Below are positions 39,573 to 50,357 of a DNA stretch of 64,000 nt, piece after piece. Each line of letters starts with the position of its first letter. The stretch's first letter is position 1. Source of the DNA: an uncultured delta proteobacterium (GTDB lineage Bacteria > Myxococcota > Kuafuiibacteriia > Kuafuiibacteriales > Kuafuiibacteriaceae); contig CAWDML010000001.1 of NCBI GenBank assembly GCA_963803435.1, positions 576,001 through 640,000 of the forward strand, written 5' to 3'. The position numbers were made by a program, and so were the translations under genes. The notes under the pieces are model-generated. The model worked only from the letters and a program-made list of their open reading frames with translations, was not told the origin of the DNA and did no database searches.

Positions 39573-41347
39573 ACACGCTCAGCTCGCGGGCCGCGCGGTC
39601 CAACCGGTATCTCCTCGCCTTTGCCCTCACGCTGACGGCGCCGACCGCCTGGGCCCAGGACGGCAATGCCCGCGCCGCCGCGATCGCGGCGCGCTCGAAG
39701 ACCACGCAGGAGGCCGCGCGCTTTCTCCGCCAGCAGGCGGGGCGGATCTCGAATCCCGCGATCGCGACCGCCACCAAGGCCTTGCCCGACAATCCCGCGC
39801 CGACGTTCATGGCGGCGTGGCCCGATCTCCCGTCGCGCGAGCGCATCCGGCAACAGCTGGCGTCGCTGCACCTGGTCGACGCGTCCGTCCGCCCGGGCGC
39901 GCTCTTTCCGCCCCTCGCGGATCCGACGCGTTCCCCCCAACCCTTCACCTCGGCGCCGGGCGGCACCCCCGACACCCGCCACGCCCATCCGGGCGGGCTC
40001 GCCGAGCACGCCGCGTTCAACCTGCAGGCGGCGCTCGATCTGGCGGCCAACTATCGGCGTCGATACGGGATCCAGCTCGACCTCGACCTGGTGATCGCCG
40101 CTCCCATCTGGCACGACGCGATGAAGCCCTGGTGCCTCCAGTGGAGAGAGGACGGGACCATGACCGTCCAGGCCTCCCTCGCAGGGACCGCGTCCCACCA
40201 CATCTTCGCGATCGCCGAGGCGCTCCACCGCATGATGCCGCCGGAGCTGGTGGTCGCGATCGCGTTCGCGCACGAGCCCGCGACCGAGGCGGCCCGCGTT
40301 CGCTTCCTGCGCGCCGGGGCGCTGCTCGCCGGCGTCGATCCGGTGGAGCGCCGCCTCCTCACCTTCGGCGACGACCACGAGTGGCGATTGGCCCGCCGGC
40401 CCTCGATCGAGGCCAACATCGATCACCTCGCCGATCACGACTACGTGATCGCGGATCCCGCCGGGCGCGAGGTCGCCGACGCGCTGGTCCGGCTGGCCCG
40501 GGCCGAGCCAGGCGGCGCGGATCGAAGCGACGCCGATCTGCGCTGGATGCGCCACCGCATCCGCGCCTCGGTGCCGCACCTGGTGTTGTACCAGGTGCTC
40601 CGCCGGGACGGCGATCCGGGCGTGGTCGCCGAGCTGGCGCGCCGCAAGGTGGCGCTCGTCGATCCCTCCGATCACACGGAACCCTCGGCGCGATGGATCG
40701 CGCTACCGGCCGGCGCGCACTGGGTCGGCTGCGGCGAAGGCGACGCAGCCTGCGAGCCGTTCGAGAAGCCGGCTCGGAGAGTCAGCATCGGTCCGCTCCT
40801 CTTCGATCGCACCGAGGTCACCGCCGCGGACTACGCAGCCTGCGTGAAGAGCGGCGCCTGCGACGACGCCGAGACCTCCGGGCCCACGTGCAACTATGGC
40901 CAGGCCAGACGCGAGCAGCACCCGATGAACTGTCTCGACCACACGCAGGCCTCCAACTACTGCGCCGCCCAGGGCGCCCGGCTCCCGACCGCCGACGAGT
41001 GGGAAGCGGCCGCGCGCGGCGGCGACCGTCGGATCTACGTCTGGGGCAACGACGACCCGCCGCCGCCCAAGGCCGGAAACTTCGCGGACGCCTCGGAGGG
41101 CGGGTCGCGCGGCACCGGCCTGCCCTGCCAGACCGGAGACCGGACGGCCACCGGGATCTGCGATCTCGCCGGCAACGTCCACGAGTGGACGTCCACGCGC
41201 GCGAAGGAGGCGGGCGACGAGCGCTACGTGGTGAAGGGCGGCGCGTTCGACACGAGCGGCGCGAAGCTCCGCATCTCGCTGCGCTCGACCGGCGACGCCA
41301 CCGACCGAAGCCCCGCGCTCGGCCTTCGCTGCGTCCGGGAACGATGA
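39569..41347 (+). CDS. Exported HD-domain protein fused to an FGE/SUMF1-fold domain
   Basis: Signal peptide (AWA-Q); HAHPGGLAEH...WHD...SHH...DHLADHD; then FDRTEVT, HPMNC, RLPTADEWEAAARG, YVWG, DLAGNVHEW, KGG, LGLRC. Confidence 0.78.
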   Translation: MNTLSSRAARSNRYLLAFALTLTAPTAWAQDGNARAAAIAARSKTTQEAARFLRQQAGRISNPAIATATKALPDNPAPTFMAAWPDLPSRERIRQQLASLHLVDASVRPGALFPPLADPTRSPQPFTSAPGGTPDTRHAHPGGLAEHAAFNLQAALDLAANYRRRYGIQLDLDLVIAAPIWHDAMKPWCLQWREDGTMTVQASLAGTASHHIFAIAEALHRMMPPELVVAIAFAHEPATEAARVRFLRAGALLAGVDPVERRLLTFGDDHEWRLARRPSIEANIDHLADHDYVIADPAGREVADALVRLARAEPGGADRSDADLRWMRHRIRASVPHLVLYQVLRRDGDPGVVAELARRKVALVDPSDHTEPSARWIALPAGAHWVGCGEGDAACEPFEKPARRVSIGPLLFDRTEVTAADYAACVKSGACDDAETSGPTCNYGQARREQHPMNCLDHTQASNYCAAQGARLPTADEWEAAARGGDRRIYVWGNDDPPPPKAGNFADASEGGSRGTGLPCQTGDRTATGICDLAGNVHEWTSTRAKEAGDERYVVKGGAFDTSGAKLRISLRSTGDATDRSPALGLRCVRER

Positions 41348-41374
41348 CCCCGTCTCCCCGCCCCGCCCTCGGTC

Positions 41375-42718
41375 TCAGTGCTTCGACGGCGGCGGCAGAC
41401 CCGAGAACGCGGGATGCCGGGGGTCTCCGCCGGCCAGCACGATGGCGTAGAGGAACGAAGGCAGCGGCGTGGCCTTCTTCCCGTTGACCACCACCAGCGG
41501 CGTGCCCTCGAGCTGGTACTCCATCGCGAAGTCGATGTCCTCCTTCAGCTTGGCTTCGGTGGCGGGCGCGGCGATGCACTTATCGAGCTCGGCGCGGGTG
41601 GCGCCCGTCTCCGCGCTCGCGATCTCGTACAGCTTGTCCGGTGTCAGGTCGGGCTGCGCCTCGAAGACGTGCTGCACCGCGGCGTCGAAGCCCGGCTTGT
41701 CCTCGAGGCAGAGCAGGATCCGCGGGCCGAGGCAGCGGACCCCGGTCGCGTCTTTTACCTCTTTCGGCATGTTGGGATTGCACTGCCGATCGAGCGGGAA
41801 GAACCGGGTCTCGAGCGAGAAGGCTCCGGGCGGCGCCGAGCGCTCGAGCTCCTGAGTCACGGTCTCGAGCTGGCGGCAGTGCGTGCAGCGGACGTCGACG
41901 AAGTCGAGCAGGTGCACCGGCGCCGACACCAATCCGTGCAGGTGCCGCGGGCGGTGCTTGGTCGTGTCCACGTGCGGCGAGCGGCGCATCACCTCGAGCG
42001 AGTCGGAGATCGCCTGTCGAACCTCGGGCGGCAGGCGATCGACATAGAGCTCGAGATCGCTCTTGACGACCTTCTGCTCCACCTTCGGCGGTGGAAGGTG
42101 CGTCTTGGGCTCGTCGGGCGTGGTGCTCCCCGGCCAGAGCAGCAGGAGCCAGCCCAGCAGCACGTAGAGCCCCGGGACCACCACGATGCGCCCCGGCTTG
42201 GTCTGCGACAGCGGCCGCACCGGCGGCACTCGGAAGGCCACCACCGCGTACGCCGCCACCAGCGTGTAGGTGCCGAGGCAGGTGAGGCACAGGGTGCCGA
42301 GGTTCCAGCTGACGAGGAGCAGCACCAGGCTGGCGGCACCGCCGACGGCGCCGACGAAGCGGACGGCCCAGATCGGCTCGGCCTCCTTCTTCCCGGCTCG
42401 GCGCAGCCGGTGAAAGCGGTAGGCGGCCGCCAGCGCGGTGAAGGCGTAGATGAGACCCCAGCCGGCGACCGGAACCTTGGTGGCGTGATGGATCGACTTG
42501 GCGAACTCGCTGTTCCAGACCGTCTCGCAGTCGAAGCTCTGATTGATCGAGCAGAAGGTCGTGCCGCCCTCCATCACGGAGAGCAGCTCGTGCCACTGGA
42601 AGATGGCGAGCAACCCGATCGCGACGGCGAGACCGATCAACACGGGCCCGATCAGATCGCCTCGGTTCGTCCGCGGCTGCTCGGCTCGGGCGGTCTTACG
42701 CTTCCCTCGCCTCGCCAT
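41375..42718 (-). CDS. VKOR-thioredoxin (DsbA-like) fusion
   Basis: FCSINQSFDCETVWNS loop Cys pair, TM CLTC motif, then CTHC and GTP cis-Pro. Confidence 0.85.
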   Translation of the reverse strand: MARRGKRKTARAEQPRTNRGDLIGPVLIGLAVAIGLLAIFQWHELLSVMEGGTTFCSINQSFDCETVWNSEFAKSIHHATKVPVAGWGLIYAFTALAAAYRFHRLRRAGKKEAEPIWAVRFVGAVGGAASLVLLLVSWNLGTLCLTCLGTYTLVAAYAVVAFRVPPVRPLSQTKPGRIVVVPGLYVLLGWLLLLWPGSTTPDEPKTHLPPPKVEQKVVKSDLELYVDRLPPEVRQAISDSLEVMRRSPHVDTTKHRPRHLHGLVSAPVHLLDFVDVRCTHCRQLETVTQELERSAPPGAFSLETRFFPLDRQCNPNMPKEVKDATGVRCLGPRILLCLEDKPGFDAAVQHVFEAQPDLTPDKLYEIASAETGATRAELDKCIAAPATEAKLKEDIDFAMEYQLEGTPLVVVNGKKATPLPSFLYAIVLAGGDPRHPAFSGLPPPSKH

Positions 42719-43952
42719 ATCCTTCGCTCCTCACACAGACACCGGCCAAGGTCCAGAACACCAGGCCGACGGGCGCGTGGTGCAACGATGAGTGGAGCAG
42801 ACCGACGAACGCGATCGCAAGCACGCCCAGAAGGGCGAAGCGGTCGAGGATGGCACGATCAGGGTCGTTTTGGCGGCGCACGATGCGCCGCATCACGCAG
42901 GCGACGCACCACGCGAGGGCGAGGTTGAAGCCGATGAAACCGACCACCCCGGTCTCCGCCAGGACCTGCAGCCAGAGGTTGTGGGGAGAGGTGAGGTGAA
43001 CCCCGGTCAACCCCTGCGGACCGACCCGCTCGATCGCATTGCGATACACGCCGTGGCCGACGCCGAGCCACGGATGCTCCCCGAAGATCGCGAGCGCACG
43101 ATCGATCATGGTGCGACGGATCGAGAGGTCTTCGTCGAGGGAGCTGATCCGCATGCGGCCGTTCTCCGTGAGGAGCAACAGGAGGCCGCCGGCCAGCGAG
43201 AGCCCGGCGGCGGCGGCGAGGATCAGCCATCGCCTCAGCACCCCGGCCAGCGCCACGAACGACGCGACCACTGCGAGGAACGCCATCCGCGCGTAGGTCA
43301 ACACCAGGGCCCCGCAGAGCACCAACCCGCCCGCGCCGGCGAGCACGCGCACTCGGCGCCTCGCGTGCGGCGAGAACGCGATCAGCGCGATCAGCGCAGC
43401 CCCGACCATCCCCACGTGGGCGAGCTTCAGTCGGTTGTAGAAGAGCCCCGCCGCGGCGCGCACGTGATAGACGCGGTTCGGCACCCAGATCTGTCCGGAG
43501 CTCGGGTTCTTGAGAAACACCGAGTCCCAGGGCATCGCACCGACGGTCACCTGGAGCAGACCGTAGGCGGCGTTGAGGACGCACGCGGCGGTGAACGCCC
43601 AGGCCATCCTGCGCAGCAGCACCGAATCCCCGGGATCGATCCCGCGGGTCCCGATGACGAACACGAGCGCCAGGAGCGGTCGGGTGGTGTCGGCGGAGGA
43701 GTGATGCCCGGGATCGAGGAGCAGGCCCGGTAGACCGGCCAGCATCCAGATCAGGATTCCGATCTCCGCAGGCCCGGGACGCCAGCGCCGGAGGCCTCCG
43801 GTCGCCGCGGTGCTCGCGAGGGCGAGCACGGCCACCACCTCGGCCGGTCCTTCGAGCAACCCGACCAGGAGCGCGTAGGCGACCAGCAGCAGGCGGTGCG
43901 CCCGGAGAAGCACGGGTGCGAGCCATAGCGCAGCTGGGGGCTCGTCGACCAC
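42696..43952 (-). CDS. O-antigen ligase (Wzy_C) family protein
   Basis: Multi-TM; RAAAGLFYN, LTYARMA, HPWLGVGHG, SPHNLWLQVLAETGVVG. Confidence 0.85.
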   Translation of the reverse strand: MVDEPPAALWLAPVLLRAHRLLLVAYALLVGLLEGPAEVVAVLALASTAATGGLRRWRPGPAEIGILIWMLAGLPGLLLDPGHHSSADTTRPLLALVFVIGTRGIDPGDSVLLRRMAWAFTAACVLNAAYGLLQVTVGAMPWDSVFLKNPSSGQIWVPNRVYHVRAAAGLFYNRLKLAHVGMVGAALIALIAFSPHARRRVRVLAGAGGLVLCGALVLTYARMAFLAVVASFVALAGVLRRWLILAAAAGLSLAGGLLLLLTENGRMRISSLDEDLSIRRTMIDRALAIFGEHPWLGVGHGVYRNAIERVGPQGLTGVHLTSPHNLWLQVLAETGVVGFIGFNLALAWCVACVMRRIVRRQNDPDRAILDRFALLGVLAIAFVGLLHSSLHHAPVGLVFWTLAGVCVRSEGYGEAREA

Positions 43953-43982
43953 TCAAGATCGTGTTGAGATCGTTCGCGCGGC

Positions 43983-44702
43983 ATGGTTGCGCCGATCGAC
44001 TTCATCGTGAGCTGCGAGCACGCGAGCAACGCGATCCCGGAGGCGCTCCAGGGCCTCGGCCTTCCCCCCGAGGCGCTGGCGGAGCACCATTCGTGGGACG
44101 CGGGCGCTTCGGAGATTGCAACCTACCTTGCGGAGTATCTGGAGGCGCCGCTCTTCTTGGGGCAGTGGTCGCGCCTGGTGGCCGACCTCAACCGCCCGGA
44201 GGACATCCCGCAGGTGGTGCCCGAGGTTGCGTTCGGGCTGGCCGTCCCGGGGAATACGAAGATCGATGCTGCCGAACGCCGGTCGCGGCTCGAGCGTTAT
44301 CACCGGCCCTATTGGGGCGCGGTGATGGGCGAGATTCAGCGCAGACTGGACGCCACCGAGCGCCGGGTCTTGCACGTCTCGATGCACAGCTTCACGCCCG
44401 AGTACGAGGGTGTGGTGCGCTCGGTCTCCATCGGCGTGATGTTCGATCCCGACTACCCGCTCGAGAACGAGCTGGGCGATCGGATCGTGCACCGGATCCG
44501 CGAGCGCGGGCTGGTGTCCGAGGTGAACGAGCCTTACGACGGCCGCGCCGCCGCCCTCACGACGTCGTGCCGGAACCGCTTCGATGCGACCCGCTACGCA
44601 GGGATCGAGATCGAGATGAACCAGAAGCACCTCGGGGAGCTCGAGCTCATCCAGACGGTCATCCTCGACGCCCTCCGCTACGCCGTCGCGGACGCCGAGT
44701 AG
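43983..44702 (+). CDS. N-formylglutamate amidohydrolase family protein
   Basis: SCEHASNAIP, HHSWDAGA, SRLVADLNR, YHRPY, SMHSFTP, NEPY, IEIE. Confidence 0.9.
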   Translation: MVAPIDFIVSCEHASNAIPEALQGLGLPPEALAEHHSWDAGASEIATYLAEYLEAPLFLGQWSRLVADLNRPEDIPQVVPEVAFGLAVPGNTKIDAAERRSRLERYHRPYWGAVMGEIQRRLDATERRVLHVSMHSFTPEYEGVVRSVSIGVMFDPDYPLENELGDRIVHRIRERGLVSEVNEPYDGRAAALTTSCRNRFDATRYAGIEIEMNQKHLGELELIQTVILDALRYAVADAE

Positions 44703-44720
44703 CCGCGGGAGGGAAGGACG

Positions 44721-45623
44721 TTGGCGGTCCCCTCCTTCGCGTCGGTGCTGGCTCAGGTCCTCGTCTCGACGCCCGAGCCGATCGCGACCCTCGCGATCTG
44801 GCACGCACGCCATCGCGCCCTCGCCCAGGCCCACGAGGAGCCGATCCTGGCCGCCATCGCTGCAGGAGCCGGGACCGACCGCCTGGCGTGGGCGTTCGGA
44901 TCCGGCTACCAGTGCGCAGGCCGCAGTCTGTTCGGGCTCGAGCCGGGCCGGCTGGGCGCCCTCTGCGCCACCGAACGCGGCGGCGCCCATCCGCGTGCGA
45001 TCGAGACTCGCCTGACCGAGGGCGCGCTCTACGGAGAGAAATGCTTCGTGACCTTCGGCCTCGAGGCCGAGGCGCTGATCGTGATCGCGTCGGAGGGTAC
45101 CGACGCGGACGGAAGGAATCGCCTCCGCGCGGTCCAGGTCGATCGGAGCGCCGGCGGCCTGACGTTCGAGCCTCTCCCCGAGACTCCGTTCGTCCCCGAG
45201 ATCTCCCACGCCAGGCTCCGCCTCGACGGCACCCGCGGCCTCGTCCTGGACGGCGACGGTTACCTCGACTTCCTCAAGCCCTTCCGTACGATCGAGGACA
45301 CGCACGTCTTCGCCGCTGCGCTGGCCCACATGGTGACACTGGCCAACGCCGCCCACTTCGACGACGCGTTCCGCGAACACGCCGCCGCCCTGCTGGCGTC
45401 GCTCGTCGAGATCGCACGCATGCCACCGCTCGCTCCCGCAACTCATCTTGCACTCTCGGGAGCGCAAGCCGGTTTGCAGCTGCTCGTCGACGAGATCGAT
45501 CGGCGAAGCGCGGAGCTCCCTTCGAACACGGCCGCGCTGTGGACGCGCGATCGACCGCTGTTCTCGGTGGCCGAAAAGGCCCGCCGTGCCCGCCGCCAGG
45601 CCGCCTGGTCGTCGCTCAGGTGA
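44721..45623 (+). CDS. Acyl-CoA dehydrogenase-like protein (short)
   Basis: LAWAFGSGYQCA, LCATERGG, GEKCFVT, PEISHA, GDGYLDFLKPFRTIED. Confidence 0.78.
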   Translation: MAVPSFASVLAQVLVSTPEPIATLAIWHARHRALAQAHEEPILAAIAAGAGTDRLAWAFGSGYQCAGRSLFGLEPGRLGALCATERGGAHPRAIETRLTEGALYGEKCFVTFGLEAEALIVIASEGTDADGRNRLRAVQVDRSAGGLTFEPLPETPFVPEISHARLRLDGTRGLVLDGDGYLDFLKPFRTIEDTHVFAAALAHMVTLANAAHFDDAFREHAAALLASLVEIARMPPLAPATHLALSGAQAGLQLLVDEIDRRSAELPSNTAALWTRDRPLFSVAEKARRARRQAAWSSLR

Positions 45624-45649
45624 GCTCTGGCCGGCTCGGCGACGGAGTC

Positions 45650-48566
45650 CTACCGCTCGGCCAGGAGCGCTCGATCGCCGGGCAGCGGGGACGCGCGCAG
45701 GATCCGCTGCGCGCGGGCGCGCGAGACCTTGGCCTCGGCGTGCCGGCCCAGGGCGGACTCGGCGCGGGCCCGCCACAGCGACGCCTCGCCGGCCCAGCGG
45801 CTCTCCGGATCGAACGCCGTCCAGAAGGCGTCCGCCGCCGACAACGACGCGAGCGCGCGGGTCGCGTCGTTCTCCGCGAGATAGAGCCGTCCCAGGCCTA
45901 CCAGGACGTCGGCGCGCTCGGGCGTGTCGGCCTTCTGGAGGCGCCGGGACAGCTCGAGCGCGCGGTCCAGCGTGGGTCCGGCCTGCTCGTACTCGGCGCG
46001 CTCGAGGTGATCGAGCCCGAGCTCCGCGAGCACGCGCATCCGCTCGCGGTCGGCCCGCGGCCCCTCCTGCACCTTCTCGAGCGCCCGCGTCTCGGACTCG
46101 AGCGCTCCGGACGGGTCGCCCGAGAGCCGCTGCACGACGCCCAGCGTATAGGCGGCGGCGGCGGCGAGCTTCTCGCCGGCCTCGGTGGCCGAGAGCTCGG
46201 CGGCGGCCTGGTCGAGCCGTCCGAGATACGCCGAGGCCAGCGCGTGGGACAGGTGCGCCGAGAATCGTCCGCTCGTTCTTTGGGCCCAGGCTCTTCTCGA
46301 GCTTGGCCACCGCCCGCTCCAGATCGTCGAGGGCGCCGCTCCTCCGCGCCTCCAGCCGCGAGACGCCGCGCCGGAAGAGCGTCGCAGCGAAGGTGTACGA
46401 CTCCGGGTCAGCCTGCTCGGTGAGGATCCCGTAGGAGACCTGCGCCTTCGCGATCGCGCGCTCGAGCTCGCCGAGGTCGACGTAGTAGATGGCGAGGTCG
46501 GCCGAGTAGAAGCCCACCATCTGACTCTTCTCGCCGAAGATCTCGGAGGCGACCCTCACCACCCGCTCGAGCTGCTCCACCGCCTCGCCCGGCCGGCCGG
46601 CGTTACCGAGCGCTCGCCCGTAGATCGCACGCGCGTCGAGGAGCCGGGGATGCTTCGGCCGGTCGCCGAAGAGGCCTTCGGTCAGCCGGAAGGCCTTCTC
46701 CGCCGCCGCCACCGCGTCGTCCGGCGCAGCGCCGTACTGCCGCGCGACCGCGTACAACAGCGCCGCCGCGACCGTCGCCTCGTGGTGCTCCCCGTACCGG
46801 GAGAGGAAGAGCTCGAAGGCCTCGTGCGCGCTTCGGTGCGCGTCGTCGTAGCGGCCCTCGTCGATCGCCAGGTGAGCCTCGCTCTCGAGCGCATGCCCGA
46901 GGTCGTCGGGGAGCGGGGGCGAGACCGCCCGGAGCTCGGGGACGAGCTGGTCGAGCTCAGCGCGGATCTCGTCGGTCTTGCCGGTGCTGCGCCAAGCCTC
47001 GGTGAGCCGAACGCGCAGCCCGAGCGTCATCGGATCGCTCGGCCCCAGCGCCGCCGAGGCCTCGCGCACCGCCTCGGACAGCGTCGACTCCGCCGTGTCG
47101 AAGTCCTCGAGACCGATCAGGCTGGTTCCGATCATCCCGAGCAGCTCCACGCGCAGCTCGGGCCGCATCTTTGCGCTTCCGTCGACCCGGTCCTTCGCCT
47201 GTTTCAGCAGACCGATCGCGGTGAGGCTGTGGCCGCCCTCTTCATACGGATCGGCGTCGCGGAAGATGGAGACGATGAACTCCTTCACGCTCTCGGCGCG
47301 CTCCTTCTCCGCCACCGCGGCCCGGGCCTGCCAGACCGCCAGGCCCGCGCCGCCGAGGGTCGCGACTCCGATCAGCGCAGCCGCGCCGAAGGCCAGGCGA
47401 TTCCGAGCGACGAGCTTCTTCAACCGATAGACAGCGCTGTCGGGTTGCGCCAGGACCGGGCGGCCGCTCAGGTAGCGCTCGAGGTCGTCGGCGAGCGCGT
47501 TCACGGTGGGGTAGCGCTCGGCGGGGCTCTTCTTGAGCGCCTGGAGCAGGATGGTGTCGAGGTCCCCTCGGAGCGCGCGCCGCGCGGCGGCATCGGGCGC
47601 CACCTCGCTCGGCTTGGGCGGCTCGGCGTGCAGGACCGCCTCCTCGAGGGCGCGGGTGGTCTCGCGGTCGGGGCGGTAGGGCCGCGTGCCGGTGAGGAGC
47701 TCGAAGAGCATCACGGCCAGCGAATACACGTCCGAGCCGAGCCCAATCGGGCCGTCCGAGATCTGCTCGGGCGACGCGTACGCCACGGTCAGCGATCGCC
47801 CGGTGAGACGGGTGACGGCGCTCTCGCGCTCGTGATCCTCGTCCAGGATCTTGGCGATGCCGAAGTCGAGGAGGCGCACCTCTCCCGTCTCCGTGACCAG
47901 CACGTTCGACGGCTTGAGATCGCGGTGCACGATCAGCTGCGCGTGCGCGTGCGCGACCGCCTTCGCGATCTGGAGGAACAAGATCAACCGCGCCCGCGTA
48001 TCGAGCGCGCGCGAGCGCACGTACGCGTCGAGCGCGATCCCCTCGACATACTCGAGCGCGAGATACGGCTGTCCGTCATCGGTCACGCCCGCGTCGAAGA
48101 TCTTGGCGATGTTCGGATGGCTCAACGAGGCGAGGATCGCCCGCTCGCGCTCGATCCGCGCCGCCAGCTCCGGTCGCGACCATAGGCCGCGGGGTAGCTT
48201 GAGCGCGACCGATCGGTCGAGGATGCCGTCGCTCCGCTGCGCGAGCCACACCACGCCCATCCCGCCCTCGCCGAGGAGGCGCACCAGCCGATAGGGGCCG
48301 ACCGCGTCGCCCGGACCGCTCCCGCCCGCCCGCTCGCGGGTACCCGCGTCGCCGTCCTCGCCGGCCGTGTCGAGCTTCGGCAGGGTCCCGAAGCAATCCG
48401 TCTTCGCGTGGGAGAGCAGCGCCAAGAGCCGCGGCCTGAGCTCCGCGTCCTCCTCGGGGAGCGCGCGGAGCCACGCCTCGCGCTCGTCCTCGGGGAGCTC
48501 CAATGCTCCGTCGAGCAGTCGGTTCAATCGCTCCCAGGTCGTGGGATCCAGCGCGAAGCTCCCCAT
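45650..48566 (-). CDS. Hanks-type Ser/Thr protein kinase with TM helix and C-terminal TPRs (one frameshift ~46260)
   Basis: GEGGMGVVW, VALK, HRDLKPSN, DFG, YASPEQ, SDVYS, GDLDTI; the frame continues NERTIL/AHLSHALASAY into ORF 45650..46135. Confidence 0.88.
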
Positions 48567-48606
48567 CGGCGGGACGCTAGCCCAAGGAGCGATCGATGAC
48601 GATCGT

Positions 48607-50357
48607 CTACTCCGTGCTCGCGCCGAGACGGCGGAACAACGCCCGTACCGCCGGCGCCGCCTCGACCTCCGGCGCGTTCGCGCGCGCCTTCCAGGCGGCG
48701 CGCGTTCGGTCCAGATCTGCGAGCTTCCGCTCCACGGACTTCGAGGTGAGCTCGAGCTGACTGCCCAGATACTTGGACGTCGGATATTTGTGCAAGAGAT
48801 AGCGGCCCACGGGCGGGATCAGCGCCAGACAGTCGGGGTCGTCGGTGTATTGATTCATCAACATGACGAGCTGCGACTCCTCCTGCCAGAACGGATCCTC
48901 CTCGGTCCCCGAGAACGGCCGCCACCGGCGCTCGAACGTACGCGACAGGAGGAGCACCTTGCGCCGGATGCGCTCGGCGCGCGAGTCGGCCTGCTCCGCT
49001 TGATACGACAAATCGTTCCAGCCCAGGTTCAAGGCCTTCTGATCCGCCTGGGAGAGCGTGTCGAGACGCCGGCCGAACTCGCGATCGTACTCGACCAGCC
49101 GCCGCTTCTTCTCCGCGACCACGGCGGCTTGCAGCCGCTTCACCGACGCCTCAGCGCCGGGATCCCTCCCCTCGAGTCGCTTGCGCTCCCAGGGTCGCGA
49201 TCGCCTCGAAGAGCGCGTAGGTGGCGTCCGCCCGGATCTTCTGCTCGCCGGTGCGCCGCTTCGGTCGATATCGCTCCGGCGAGGCCTTTCGGCCGGCGAG
49301 CGCCCGCTCCAGGCGAGCCGCGCATCGGTCGATCTGCAGGTACATGTCCGCATCGTCGGGGTACACGTCGAGGAGGTACTGGAGCACCAGCGGCGTCGCG
49401 TCGAGCACTTCGGCTTCGTCGCCGAAGACGCCTGCGAGCGACAGCAGCTGGTCGACCTCCAGGTAGCGGCGCTGCGAGTCGCCGATGGCACGCTGGTACG
49501 AGATCTCTTCGAACGGCCGGTAGCCCTTCCGCGCCAGGAACTCGAGCATCTTCCGCTGCCGCAGCTCCCGTTCGAGGTTCGTGCCGGGGCGCCGCCCGCC
49601 CGAATCGTACAGGCGCTTCGCGATCCGGCCGAAGTCGGGGTCGGCGGGTTCGAGCGCCTCCAGCTCGGCTTCGAACGTCTCGGCCCGCGCCTTCTCGAAC
49701 CCGGCGATGTCGGCCCGCAGGCGCCCGAGCGCCGCGGTGGCCGCGCGGAAGCCCGGATCGGCCTCCAGCGCCTTCTGGAACGCAGCCCGCGCCTTCGCGT
49801 CATCGCCTGCGTCGGCCGCGTCGAGCCCGCGGGAGTACTGCTGGAACGCGCGGAGCGACTCGGTCTGGCTCTTGCGGAGCGCGCTCTTCTCCGAGATCCC
49901 CAGCTTCACCGGGAGCGCGCGCGTGAGGATCTCGACGAGCTCCTTCTCGAGCGCGAAGAACTCCCCCTCCTTCCCCTCGACACTCTCTCCGGCCACCACC
50001 TCGCCGTCCGCGACCCGCACCACCTTGGTATCGATCCGCATCCGCTGCTGGAACAACAGATAGCTTCCAGTCATCAGATACTCGGCGGCGAGCCCCTTTT
50101 CCGAGTCGCTGCGCGGTCAGAGGATCGATGAACGGGCTCTTGGCGAGGGCGAGCTCCCCCAGGATCGCGTTGAGCTTCTCCCGCTCGACGATGCGGATCG
50201 ACTTCACCGCGGAGAGATCGGTGATCAGCATGTCGGCGAGGCCCTTCTTGAGCGGCTCGGCGCCGGGATCGTGTGCGGTGTTGTCGAAGTACGTGATGGC
50301 GACGGCGGGGGGAGCCTGGCCGGCGATCGCGAGGACGATGGCCGAGACCAGGGTCAT
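48607..50357 (-). CDS. Exported CsgG/TolB-N-like + TPR protein (frameshifts ~50095 and ~49190)
   Basis: Signal peptide, VAITYFDN, GLADMLITDL, IVEREKL, TAQRLGK, AEYLMTGS, TPR (FQKALEADPGF); three consecutive ORF pieces. Confidence 0.72.

Noticed and set aside
39569-41347. Diversity-generating retroelement target (FGE/CLec fold) or HD relaxase
   Set aside because: No reverse transcriptase, template repeat or conjugation genes in the window, and the protein has a signal peptide.
43953-48566. 1537-aa giant kinase ORF
   Set aside because: After ~46260 the frame becomes Arg/Pro/Gly-rich shadow and runs antisense over two real plus-strand genes; a single indel gives a normal kinase ending at 45650.
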